From NCBI GenBank assembly GCA_038823825.1, contig JAWBCC010000003.1:69351-133350 (forward strand): 64,000 nt of DNA. Direction: 5' to 3'. The position numbers and the translations under genes were made by a program. The notes under the pieces are model-generated. The model was not told the origin of the DNA, made no database searches, and saw nothing but the letters and a program-made list of their open reading frames with translations. The number at the start of each line of letters is the position of its first letter. Positions within the stretch are counted from its first letter, which is position 1. The stretch is from Candidatus Hadarchaeales archaeon. Its GTDB lineage: Archaea; Hadarchaeota; Hadarchaeia; Hadarchaeales; Hadarchaeaceae. Below are positions 27,546-36,407 of this stretch, in pieces.

Positions 27546-28269
27546 AGTGCTGAGGATAGAAGGAGAAAGCATACCTTATACTGTCGAATGGAGGAAAGTG
27601 AAATATCCGCGTTTGGAACTGAAAACCGGGAAGCTAAAGATAATTCTTCCAAAAGGAGTAAAGGACGAAACACCCATTCTGGAAAGAAATCTCCAGTGGA
27701 TACTTAAAAGGCATGAAGAAATCAAGAGGGCAAAGGAGAACATAGCAAACTCCTTGAGCGGAAATGGGATTCTCATCTTCGGCTCTTTCTATAAAGTCGA
27801 GCCGGGCATACCCCTCGTCATTTTCCTGAACGGGATACAGAAAAAGTTCGACCTGATGAAAGAAAGAGACCAGGTTAAACTAAGAAACTTTCTAAAAAAG
27901 ATTCTGAGAGAGGAGCTGAGGAAGTTAGTGAACCACTATTCATCAAAATTTGGTCTGAGATTCGGAAGAATATACATAAGAAACCAGAAAACAAAATGGG
28001 CAAGTTGTTCCTCCTCGGGTAACCTGAGCTTTAACTTCCGGCTTGTTCACGTACCATATGATATTTTAAAGTATGTTGTCTGTCATGAGGTTCTTCACCT
28101 AGCTGAAAAAGGTCATTCGAAAAAATTCTGGGAAAAAATCAGAGAGGAGTTTCCAAACTACAAAGAGATGGAGAAAAAACTTTTCGAATACTGGTTTTTC
28201 ACGATGGATTCCCAATTTCCAGATATTCGTTTTATTGGAAAGCGAAAAACCTCAAGAAATTTGGAATGA
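27508..28269 (+). CDS. DUF45/YgjP-like (WLM/SprT-like) zinc metallopeptidase, commonly linked to type I R-M hsdR
   Basis: HExxH motif in VVCHEVLHLAEKGHSKKFWEKI. Size and placement immediately after hsdR (overlapping its 3' end) are typical of this family. Confidence 0.7.
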   Translation: MRRSSTDSRPLHKVLRIEGESIPYTVEWRKVKYPRLELKTGKLKIILPKGVKDETPILERNLQWILKRHEEIKRAKENIANSLSGNGILIFGSFYKVEPGIPLVIFLNGIQKKFDLMKERDQVKLRNFLKKILREELRKLVNHYSSKFGLRFGRIYIRNQKTKWASCSSSGNLSFNFRLVHVPYDILKYVVCHEVLHLAEKGHSKKFWEKIREEFPNYKEMEKKLFEYWFFTMDSQFPDIRFIGKRKTSRNLE

Positions 28270-28293
28270 AAAAGACAGAGAAACCTTCAAACA

Positions 28294-28330
28294 TTAGGCA
28301 AACCTAACTTTTTATGTTAGGCTCACCTAA
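28294..28330. promoter_or_regulatory. Two DtxR/IdeR-type iron-box half-palindromes (TTAGG-N4-CCTAA) bracketing a TATA-like box upstream of dtxR-feoB
   Basis: TTAGGCAAACCTAA at 28294-28307 and TTAGGCTCACCTAA at 28317-28330, with CTTTTTATG between them. Compare the classical DtxR box TTAGGTTAGCCTAACCTAA. Confidence 0.5.
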
Positions 28331-28338
28331 TTTTCTCG

Positions 28339-29040
28339 ATGAGAAAACGTCTCTCACAGTCCGAGGAAGAATATCTAGAGGCGATTTACAGAGAAACTCG
28401 CACAGGCAAGGATGCAAAAATCTCCAAGCTGGCTTCATCGCTCAAGGTAAAATCCCCAAGCGTAGTCCAGATGATAAACAGACTTTCCAGACGCGGCCTG
28501 ACCAGCAAAACGAAAGAAGGAGTCCGACTTACAAAAAAGGGAGAAGCCTCCGCGGCGAAGATAGTTAGGAGACATAGACTGGCAGAACGACTTTTGAGCG
28601 ACATTCTCGGCTGCGATCTTCCAAGCGTCCACGAGAAAGCCTGCGAGCTCGAGCACGTGATCGACGACGAACTCGCAGAAAAACTGGAGAAGGTCCTTGG
28701 AGCCCCCTCATGCCCTCACGGCGCCCCCATCCCCGACAGAGAAGGGAAGACGCCCGACATAGGCACCATCCCCCTCAGCGAGGTGGGTGAGGGGAAAAAA
28801 GCCATCATCTTCAGGATTCCAGAAGACAGATTGGCCGTTCAAAGGCTTCTATCCCTTTGCATTTTGCCCGGAGCCGAGGTAGAGGTGCAGAGGAAATCCC
28901 CAGGAGGTTCCGTGATCATAAAAGTTGGTAAAACAAACGTCGCCCTGAGCGGAGATCTCTCGAGAAATATAGAAGTCGCAAGTCCAGCCGTCTGGAGGAG
29001 GTTCAGACACAGATGGCGCTGGGGGATAAGAAAACCCTGA
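28339..29040 (+). CDS. Iron-dependent transcriptional repressor, DtxR/MntR family, with a C-terminal SH3-like/FeoA domain
   Basis: N-terminal SQSEEEYLEAIYRE (DtxR wHTH). Metal-site and dimerization region. C-terminal IPLSEVGEGKKAIIFRI...GAEVEV is FeoA/SH3-like. Confidence 0.8.
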   Translation: MRKRLSQSEEEYLEAIYRETRTGKDAKISKLASSLKVKSPSVVQMINRLSRRGLTSKTKEGVRLTKKGEASAAKIVRRHRLAERLLSDILGCDLPSVHEKACELEHVIDDELAEKLEKVLGAPSCPHGAPIPDREGKTPDIGTIPLSEVGEGKKAIIFRIPEDRLAVQRLLSLCILPGAEVEVQRKSPGGSVIIKVGKTNVALSGDLSRNIEVASPAVWRRFRHRWRWGIRKP

Positions 29041-30977
29041 AGATAGCCCTGGTTGGAACACCAAACGTAGGTAAGAGCGTTTTCTTCCACCAAATCGCCG
29101 GCGCGGACGTGATCGTCTCAAACTACCCTGGGACAACGGTGGAAATTCACGAAGCAAAGGTGAAAAGAAACGACTTTGAAATATCGCTCTTTGACCTGCC
29201 AGGAATATACTCACTTGGTGCACTCTCAGAGGACGAGATCGTTGCCAGAAAGGCCATACTTGAACAGCGCCCCGACGTCGTAATCGATATCCTCGACGCT
29301 TCCAATCTAGAAAGAAGTCTCTATCTCACGCTCCAACTGCTTGAGCTAAACATCCCCCTCGTAATCGCTTTGAACATGGTCGACCTAGCCGAATCGCAGG
29401 GTCTTCATCCCAACCCAGATAAACTTTCCAAAATTCTCGGCAGCCCAGTGATTCCAACGGTTGCGACTCGCGGAAAAAACATTTCTAAAGTCTTCGATGT
29501 CGCCATCACAATCGCTCAAAAAAGCACCAAACCAGAATGGAAGCCCAAGCTTTCAGGAGACCTCGAGGGCGCAGTCGGCAAACTTTCCCGCGTGATAAAA
29601 CGTAAATTCCGAGAAATCCCATACAATCTTCCGCCAGAAACCATTGCTCTCCGAATTCTTGAAGGAGATGCCCACATCATAGAGACGATCGCCGAAATCG
29701 AAGGAAGCGAGGATGTCCTAGAAGAAGCGGAAAGACTCGTGAAAAAAATAGAAAACATCCGCAAGGAGCCGCTTGCCATCACCATCGCCCGCGAAAGACA
29801 CAGCCTCGCCGCCATGATCGCAAAAAACATCACCGAAATAAAAAAGCCGAGGAAATCCAAGCTAGAAAGATTAGATTCAATTCTGACATCTCCAAAGACC
29901 GGGTTACCAATAGCTGCAATGGTTTTCGTTCTCGTGCTTCTAACTCTCATATACTTCGGCGGTTTGATCGAGGACATTCTCACAAATGGATGGGAAAATC
30001 ACATTTCCCCATCTCTCACTTCAGCCTTCTCTCATATGGGCAAGCTAGGCGAGGCTCTGAACATAGGACTCAACTGGGGAATCCAAGGAATCCTCGCAGT
30101 CATCATACCATACATTCTTCCATTCTTCATCATTATGGGAATTCTCGAGGACGTCGGCTATCTTCCAAGAATCGCCTTTCTTCTCGATTCCCTTATGCAC
30201 AAGATAGGACTTCACGGAAGAGCTGTGATTCCCCTCTTCGGCGGTTTCGGCTGCAACGTTCCGGCCATCATGGCGACGAGAACCCTCCTTTCCAAGCGTG
30301 AAAGAGTTATCGCAAGTATTCTTATCACAATGATCCCCTGCTCAGCCAGAACAGCGGTCATCCTCGGTTTGGTCGGAAACTATCTTGGCGTTCTCTACGC
30401 TCTAACAATATACGCCATAATCCTTTTCCTCATCTTTCTGGTGGGATTTCTCCTCAATCGCTGGATTCCCGGAAAAACCCCAGGAATGATCATGGAGGTT
30501 CCGCCACTCCGTGCCCCAGCTTGGAAACCCATCCTTGCAAACACGTGGATAAGAATGAAACACTTCCTATTTCTCGCCATGCCTCTTCTCCTCGTTTCAA
30601 GCTTCATCATCGGGCTCATGCAAGTCGGAGGAATTCTCGATGCCATAGTGCCGGTTTTCTCTCCTCTCACCACAGGTCTTCTCGGACTCCCAGCCATTAC
30701 AATCATTCCCCTCCTCTACGGTTTCCTAAGAAAGGAAGGCGGTCTTGTTCTCTTGGTGACCGTTGCCGGGACAAGCAACCTTCTGGAATTCATGACACCG
30801 TTACAGCTCTACGTCTACGTCCTCGTTCTGAGCATATACATTCCATGCGTGGCAACAGTCGCCGTCATAAGGAGAGAACTGGGCTGGAAGATTGCACTCT
30901 CAACAGCTTTTGGCACATTCATGCTCGCCGTAGCCGTGGGAGGTCTCGTCTTCCACTTTAATCCTCTTCGTCTATGA
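29013..30977 (+). CDS. feoB: Ferrous iron transport protein B
   Basis: N-terminal G-domain IALVGTPNVGKSVFFHQIAG (G1) and DLPGIYSL (G3), followed by a polytopic membrane domain with Gate motifs. 654 aa. Confidence 0.9.
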   Translation: MALGDKKTLKIALVGTPNVGKSVFFHQIAGADVIVSNYPGTTVEIHEAKVKRNDFEISLFDLPGIYSLGALSEDEIVARKAILEQRPDVVIDILDASNLERSLYLTLQLLELNIPLVIALNMVDLAESQGLHPNPDKLSKILGSPVIPTVATRGKNISKVFDVAITIAQKSTKPEWKPKLSGDLEGAVGKLSRVIKRKFREIPYNLPPETIALRILEGDAHIIETIAEIEGSEDVLEEAERLVKKIENIRKEPLAITIARERHSLAAMIAKNITEIKKPRKSKLERLDSILTSPKTGLPIAAMVFVLVLLTLIYFGGLIEDILTNGWENHISPSLTSAFSHMGKLGEALNIGLNWGIQGILAVIIPYILPFFIIMGILEDVGYLPRIAFLLDSLMHKIGLHGRAVIPLFGGFGCNVPAIMATRTLLSKRERVIASILITMIPCSARTAVILGLVGNYLGVLYALTIYAIILFLIFLVGFLLNRWIPGKTPGMIMEVPPLRAPAWKPILANTWIRMKHFLFLAMPLLLVSSFIIGLMQVGGILDAIVPVFSPLTTGLLGLPAITIIPLLYGFLRKEGGLVLLVTVAGTSNLLEFMTPLQLYVYVLVLSIYIPCVATVAVIRRELGWKIALSTAFGTFMLAVAVGGLVFHFNPLRL

Positions 30978-31799
30978 TTTCCGGAAAAGTTTTCTCACCT
31001 CTGAAATTCCCTTCCTCCCTATTTTTTCAGGTTCATCCGGATTAAAAAGCTCCACTATCAACGCTCCCGAATAATCGATTTTCCAGAAAGCAGCCACAAT
31101 AGGTTTAAAATCGATTTCTCCCTCACCCGGTACGAGATGATCGTCCTTAAACCCTCTATTATCGTGGACATGCACGTGAACGATTTTTTCGCAAAGTTTT
31201 TCGATTTTCTCAGCAATCTTTTTCTCCGGAGATTTCGACCTTTTTCTCTCGACCAAATATGCATGCCCAATATCCAAACATATCCCCACATCGAATTTTT
31301 TCAAAAGCTCAGGCAATTCCTCAAGCACAGCGTAAGGCCCAAAGGCCGAGCTTCCATTCTCAACCGCAATCTTCACATTTAGCCGTTTTGCAAATGCACA
31401 AACTTCTCTCATGGTCTTTTCGTATATCTCTCCAGCTTTCCTCCACATCCACTCCACTTCAGGGATTGGACATTTTCCAGCGTGAAGCACAACGGGACCC
31501 CCGTCCAGCTTTGCGCAGACTTCAATCCCAGACTTAATTCTTTTAACCGCTGTTTTCCTGACCTCAGGAATAATGCTTGCCGGATTGATATCCCAAAAGC
31601 TGGCGTGAACAGAAATTTCCAAGCCGGCGTCCCTAATTATTCGACCGATTCTCTGTAGGTCGGGTTTCTCACATCCAGGCGCAAAGTGCGGAAAATCCCA
31701 GATGATTTCCACCCACTCTGCTCCGAGTTCAGCACAGACCTCCACAGCTTTCTCCAGAGAATACCTCGGGAACAAGAGTGTGGATAATCCGATTTTCAT
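30972..31799 (-). CDS. Sugar phosphate isomerase/epimerase (xylose-isomerase-like TIM barrel)
   Basis: MKIGLSTLLFPRYSLEKAVEVCAELGAEWVEI... Metal-ligand pattern (HAPYAV..., HDN..., E) typical of the AP-endonuclease-2/xylose-isomerase-like fold. Start taken at MKIG (31799). Confidence 0.6.
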   Translation of the reverse strand: MKIGLSTLLFPRYSLEKAVEVCAELGAEWVEIIWDFPHFAPGCEKPDLQRIGRIIRDAGLEISVHASFWDINPASIIPEVRKTAVKRIKSGIEVCAKLDGGPVVLHAGKCPIPEVEWMWRKAGEIYEKTMREVCAFAKRLNVKIAVENGSSAFGPYAVLEELPELLKKFDVGICLDIGHAYLVERKRSKSPEKKIAEKIEKLCEKIVHVHVHDNRGFKDDHLVPGEGEIDFKPIVAAFWKIDYSGALIVELFNPDEPEKIGRKGISEVRKLFRKS

Positions 31800-31871
31800 T
31801 CTTTCCCTCCCCAGCTTTTCTGGTAGTGTTTGGTTTTCCACGTTATTATAAAATACCGGAAAAGGCACCGG

Positions 31872-32540
31872 CTATTTCTCATCTTCTTTCATGGCTTTGG
31901 TCGCTCTCTCGTGGGCAAGCATGATAGGCTCAGGTAATCGTCTCCCCCTACATGTTTCGAGTGTTATTTTGATGGCGCTCTCAAGTGAAATTTTATGTCC
32001 AATGCTCACGTAGACCGGTTTCTCCCCTTTCAGCGTCCTAACAATAGCGCCGACGACTTCATCCCCATCGATCAAAGGTTCCCAAGCCCCGGCTTTATCT
32101 GCGGGAATCTTCCCCTCTCCAACAAGCTTACTTTTCGCCACCCCGAGAGTAGGCCTATCGATCACAACGCCAAGATGGCAGGCCAGCCCAGCTCTTCTCG
32201 GATGCGCGAGCCCCTGTGCTCCAACCATATAAACATCCGCTTCCCTGCCAGTCAAAACTTTCAGAAGTCCCTCGAGTTCTCTGAATGCAAGGAATGTCGG
32301 AATGTAGGGAAATGTTAGCTTGACAGGTGCGATTTTCTCCTCCAAATCTTCAAGCGTCCTGTAATCCAGCACTACGCAGGCCGCATAAGCCTTATCACCT
32401 CTGCTGAACGAGATGTCGCAACCTGCAATTCTCTCGATTTTAGAAAAATCGTTTTCTCTTTTCACGAGCTGGGCAACCTTTAGCTGTATCTGCTTTAGCT
32501 CCTCCAGATTTAGACTCTTCGGTTTGAGCAACGGTAACAT
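31872..32540 (-). CDS. nfi: Endonuclease V (deoxyinosine 3' endonuclease)
   Basis: GCDISF (GxDVSY-like), YIPTFLAFRE (YIPGLLSFRE) and GAQGLAHPRRAGLACHLGV motifs. Confidence 0.8.
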   Translation of the reverse strand: MLPLLKPKSLNLEELKQIQLKVAQLVKRENDFSKIERIAGCDISFSRGDKAYAACVVLDYRTLEDLEEKIAPVKLTFPYIPTFLAFRELEGLLKVLTGREADVYMVGAQGLAHPRRAGLACHLGVVIDRPTLGVAKSKLVGEGKIPADKAGAWEPLIDGDEVVGAIVRTLKGEKPVYVSIGHKISLESAIKITLETCRGRRLPEPIMLAHERATKAMKEDEK

Positions 32541-32615
32541 CTCAAAAACATCCTCATTCGGGCGTATTTAGCTATCGCGAAGATATTAATTCTTCCAAAT
32601 TCCAAGTTTATCCCG

Positions 32616-32804
32616 ATGAGGCTGAAAGGACCGAAGTGCATGATCTGTGGGGAGAAGATACAGATAATGAGTATGGACTCGGCCTACGTGAAGTTTGTTA
32701 GACCTGGCGAAGCCAAAGGAATCTTCATCTGCTGGAAGTGTGCTGAAAAGGAGTTCGGCGAAGTCCTGCAGGATATCCTGACAAAGGTCGCTGGTAAGGG
32801 GTGA
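32616..32804 (+). CDS. Small zinc-ribbon protein (62 aa, CxxC...CxxC), translationally coupled to the downstream AEP gene
   Basis: CMICGEK...CWKCAEKE. Stop overlaps the start of the next gene by 4 nt. Confidence 0.45.
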   Translation: MRLKGPKCMICGEKIQIMSMDSAYVKFVRPGEAKGIFICWKCAEKEFGEVLQDILTKVAGKG

Positions 32805-33886
32805 TCTCCTTGACGGTCACTCCCCAAGATCACATCCTGATGACCCTAGCCATCAAAAGGATAGGAAAATTCGTAGATCTCGAACACATAAGGGAAAAGC
32901 TCTGCAGGGACGGAGGAAGGGATTTCTCTCTGGAAGAGACGAAGATGCTTTTAGATTCATTGATCGGAAAGGGTCTCGTGCAGGAGAAAGGAGGGGAGTA
33001 CGCTCTCACGGAAAAGGGCCGCGACTTTTTCGAGAAAAGATGGAGAGAAGTTAAAGATCATCTGAATCAAGACTATCTAAAGGTCTACCGGGCAAAGCGA
33101 TATTACCCCCATGTTTCTAAAACCATCCTAGAGTTCTGCAAGGACAGATACGTTTCAGTTTTCAGGCTCTTTACAGACCGTGCCTGGCTTCAAAGGAAAC
33201 TCGGTCCCCGCTGGATAACGATAAAGAGCGAGGACGACATACAATACTGGCTGGACATTCACGGCATCGATTTCATCCCCTACATTCACAGAATTGGAAG
33301 CGATAGGCCCGACTGGCTCGTCATAGATTTTGACGCCGGAAAGAAAGTAGAGTTCGAGCAGACGAAGAAGGTTGTCATGACAGCCGCCGAAGTTTTACAT
33401 AATTACGGAATCGAGGTTGCGTTGAAGTTCAGCGGTTCCCGTGGCTTCCAGCTTTGGGCGGTTTTCGAGCCTCACGATCTGCCGACAGATTACCAACCAA
33501 AAAAGCTGAAAACGGAACGCAGGGAACGAAACTTTTTCACCTTTTACTCGGATATCATAAGATTTGTCGAAAGCAGAGTAGCGAAAAAACTCCCGAATCT
33601 CACAACCTCGGAAACGGCGAAAAAAGAAGAGAGGGAAGACAAAGTCCTCCTCGACGCCTCCATAATAAAGCCGATGGGAGACGTCAGGGCTCCCTATTCC
33701 ATGCATCACCGAACTGGTCTCATTTCCATGCCAGTGGGTTTAGATGAGCTAGAGGAATTCGAACCCAAGCAGGCAGATCCAGATCTTGTCGTTCAGCGCT
33801 ATAGGAAAAGGGGAAACGAATTTAAGCTCAAGCCTTGTGATGGTTCAAAGTTGTTCGAAGATTTGGTCAAATGGTGCAAAGAGTAA
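32801..33886 (+). CDS. Archaeo-eukaryotic primase (AEP) superfamily primase-polymerase of the LigD PolDom / NHEJ-polymerase type, with an N-terminal winged-helix domain
   Basis: Motif I LVIDFDAG (hhhDhD). Motif II FSGSRGFQLWAVF (SGxxGxH-like, with Gln where His is usual). Motif III LLDASIIKPMGDVRAPYSMHHRTGLISMPV matches the PolDom pattern D.S....G...APYS...R.G..S.P. The N-terminal ~100 aa is wHTH-like. Confidence 0.65.
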   Translation: MISLTVTPQDHILMTLAIKRIGKFVDLEHIREKLCRDGGRDFSLEETKMLLDSLIGKGLVQEKGGEYALTEKGRDFFEKRWREVKDHLNQDYLKVYRAKRYYPHVSKTILEFCKDRYVSVFRLFTDRAWLQRKLGPRWITIKSEDDIQYWLDIHGIDFIPYIHRIGSDRPDWLVIDFDAGKKVEFEQTKKVVMTAAEVLHNYGIEVALKFSGSRGFQLWAVFEPHDLPTDYQPKKLKTERRERNFFTFYSDIIRFVESRVAKKLPNLTTSETAKKEEREDKVLLDASIIKPMGDVRAPYSMHHRTGLISMPVGLDELEEFEPKQADPDLVVQRYRKRGNEFKLKPCDGSKLFEDLVKWCKE

Positions 33887-33937
33887 GACTTTCTAGATTA
33901 TCCCTTTTCTTTCTGCATCGATTTCTAAAATCCAAAT

Positions 33938-34223
33938 AGGAGGGCCCCCGCTGTTCCCCGACACACTAACCCCCGGCTTCATCGTTTGCCTTTTCGGCGC
34001 TCTCCGCCAGGTAACCCTCATGGCGGGGATTCCACGGGGACCTGATCGCCTGTTCCGCACAGGGGTTGTCTTCGGGTCATGGGCAGACGGTTCGCCACTT
34101 CCTCCCCGAAGGACCCGTCCGCGCGGTTTCTCGGCGGTCATAGCTCCAGTGTCTCCGCGGCCTTGCCCAGCGTTCATAAAAAATCCCGCTGCCCTCGTAG
34201 CCGCGGAACTCCCCTCTCATCGC
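33938..34223. ncRNA. GC-rich, highly structured ~290-nt intergenic region. Candidate structural ncRNA in the SRP (7S) RNA or RNase P RNA size class; strand unresolved.
   Basis: GC content is far above the flanking coding DNA. It is dense in local complementarity (e.g. CCGCCAGG...TGGCGG, GACGG...CCGTC enclosing a UUCG tetraloop). The only ORFs are Arg/Gly/Pro-rich shadows. It sits between convergent and divergent protein genes, with 400 bp of otherwise unused space. Confidence 0.4.
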
Positions 34224-34295
34224 AAATAACCATATCTCACGCAAAGGGTATTAACTTAACGTTTCCAAGTTTATTATCTCACGAGGGGTGCGGTA

Positions 34296-36368
34296 ATGAA
34301 GAAGGTGTTCGTGATATGCGAAAAGCCGTCAGCTGTTCCTAAGATAGCTGAAGCGATAGCCGGGAGAAAGGTTACCCAGAAAGAGCTGATGGGTATCCCA
34401 TATTGCGAGTTTGAAAGAGACGGAAAGCTCTTCGTCGTCGCACCGGCGATGGGACATTTGTTTACTCTAAAAAGTATAAAGTCTCTCAAAGATTATCCGG
34501 TTTTTGACCTCAAATGGGTGCCCATCCATGAGGTCGAGAAAAACGCAAAAAATGCGGCTAGATTCATAAAAGCCCTGAGAGAGCTCTCAAAGAACGCAGA
34601 GGAGTTTATAAGTGCCTGTGATTTTGACGTCGAAGGAAGCGTTATTGCCTTCAACGTTCTCCGCTTCATCTGCGGGAGTGATGTCATATCCAAAGCGAGG
34701 AGGATGAAGTTCTCCACGCTCACCCGCGAAGAGTTAAAGAAATCTTTCGAGAATATGCTGCCCACATTAGACTTTGAAGTTATAAATGCCGGTCTCGCAA
34801 GACATTATCTCGACTGGTATTGGGGGATGAACGTCTCAAGATTTCTAAGCTCTGCAGCCGAGAAGGCTGGAAATAGATTTGTAAAGTTATCGGCCGGTCG
34901 TGTTCAAACCCCCACTCTTAAAATCCTTCTCGATCGCGAGAGAGAAATAAAGAACTTTGTTTCGGTTCCCTTCTGGGTTTTGAAAGCCGTGATCGAAATC
35001 GGCGGGGAAGAGTTCATCGCTGAACATGAAACAGAAAAATTTTGGGAGAAAGAAAAAGCTGAGGAAGTCTACTCGGCATGCCTTGGGCAACCGGCGAGGG
35101 TAGTCGAAGTCAAACGCAGAAAAATAAACAGAAATCCTCCACCTCCGTTTGATCTAGGAACGCTCCAGTCGGAGGCATACAGATGTTTTGGTTTCACACC
35201 TATGAGGACGCAGATGATCGCCCAAGATCTCTATCAAGCCGCGCTTATCAGTTATCCAAGAACGAGCAGCCAAAAGCTCCCCAGCTCGATAGGCTACCGC
35301 GATATTCTACAGAGAATTGCGAAAATCTCACCAGACTACGCTGAAATCGCTCTAGATCTTCTGAGACAGCAAAAATTAGTCCCGGTCGAAGGTAAGAAAA
35401 CGGACCCGGCGCATCCGGCCATATTTCCGACGGGCGAGCCACCTGAAGAGCTCCCAAGCACCCATCAAAAGCTGTATGACATGATCGTCCGCAGATTCCT
35501 CGCTGTTTTCAGCAAGCCCGCTATGCTCGAAAGCACGCATGCAGATTTGGACATAGGCGGTCAAAGGTTCTTCCTCCGCGGTCAAAGAATACTCGATCCA
35601 GGATGGCTTGAATCCTACGGAAAGTATGTTTCCTACGAGGAACAAATGATTCCGGAGATAGAGAAAGGCGAAGAGCTGAAAGTCAAGAACATTCTGTTGG
35701 AGGAAAGAAGGACACAACCGCCGCCCAGATTTAACCCAGCATCGCTCGTGAAAGAGATGGAGGCGCGCGGTCTCGGGACGGAGGCGACCAGAGGCCCCAT
35801 TGTGCAAACCCTTTACCAGCGCGGGTATATTCAGGGTAGACAGATAACGGTTACACGGCTGGGGGAAACCGTGGTTGAAAGTCTTAGGATATGTCCGGCA
35901 ATTCTGAGCGAGGAACTCACCGCCAGATTCGAGCGGGAGATGATGGAAATTCAGGAAGGAAAGGCAAATTGGGAAGACGTTGTCAAAAAAGCTGAGCGAG
36001 AACTCTCCACTTTGCTGGAAGAAATGAAAGCGAGGGAGAAAGAGGTCGGAGAGAGATTGATTGAGGCTTACAAGCTTGCCTTGAGAAAATCCTTTGGAAA
36101 ATGCCCAAAGTGTGGAAAAAATCTGAGAATGGTGATTGCACAAAAGAGCGGGAAGAGGTTTGTCGGCTGTGAGGGTTATCCATCCTGCGACTTTTCTCTG
36201 CCACTACCTCAGCAGGGAAGCATAGAAATTCTAGATACTCCTTGCAAGATCTGTGGTTGGCCGGTCATTCTCGTGAGAAGAAGTGGCAAGCGACCTTACA
36301 GAACATGTTTGAACCCATCTTGTTCGTCGAAAAATCGCTTGAAGGATGTGTATAACCAGCAGGAATAA
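34296..36368 (+). CDS. topA: DNA topoisomerase I (type IA) with C-terminal zinc ribbons
   Basis: Toprim start VFVICEKPSAVPKIAEAI. Active-site Tyr region (ISYPRTSSQ). C-terminal Cys4 zinc ribbons (CPKCGKNL..., CKICGWP...). At 690 aa it is too short for reverse gyrase. Confidence 0.85.
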   Translation: MKKVFVICEKPSAVPKIAEAIAGRKVTQKELMGIPYCEFERDGKLFVVAPAMGHLFTLKSIKSLKDYPVFDLKWVPIHEVEKNAKNAARFIKALRELSKNAEEFISACDFDVEGSVIAFNVLRFICGSDVISKARRMKFSTLTREELKKSFENMLPTLDFEVINAGLARHYLDWYWGMNVSRFLSSAAEKAGNRFVKLSAGRVQTPTLKILLDREREIKNFVSVPFWVLKAVIEIGGEEFIAEHETEKFWEKEKAEEVYSACLGQPARVVEVKRRKINRNPPPPFDLGTLQSEAYRCFGFTPMRTQMIAQDLYQAALISYPRTSSQKLPSSIGYRDILQRIAKISPDYAEIALDLLRQQKLVPVEGKKTDPAHPAIFPTGEPPEELPSTHQKLYDMIVRRFLAVFSKPAMLESTHADLDIGGQRFFLRGQRILDPGWLESYGKYVSYEEQMIPEIEKGEELKVKNILLEERRTQPPPRFNPASLVKEMEARGLGTEATRGPIVQTLYQRGYIQGRQITVTRLGETVVESLRICPAILSEELTARFEREMMEIQEGKANWEDVVKKAERELSTLLEEMKAREKEVGERLIEAYKLALRKSFGKCPKCGKNLRMVIAQKSGKRFVGCEGYPSCDFSLPLPQQGSIEILDTPCKICGWPVILVRRSGKRPYRTCLNPSCSSKNRLKDVYNQQE

Positions 36369-36407
36369 ATCATCTTTATAAAATAACTCATCCCAAGTAA
36401 AAGGGAG

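Noticed and set aside
28339-29040. Separate feoA gene between dtxR and feoB
   Set aside because: The FeoA/SH3-like segment is in-frame and continuous with the DtxR wHTH and dimerization domains. DtxR proteins natively carry this C-terminal SH3-like domain, so one gene is called.
33893-34342. ORFs of 94, 69 and 87 aa (both strands) inside the GC-rich block upstream of topA
   Set aside because: Their translations are Arg/Gly/Pro/Ser-rich low-complexity strings, typical of GC-rich non-coding DNA. There are no RBS-like or promoter-like contexts. The region is better explained as a structural RNA.
34296-36368. Reverse gyrase, as expected for a hyperthermophile
   Set aside because: At only 690 aa, with no SF2 helicase motifs upstream of the Toprim domain, this is a stand-alone type IA topoisomerase. 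Reverse gyrase, if present, is elsewhere.
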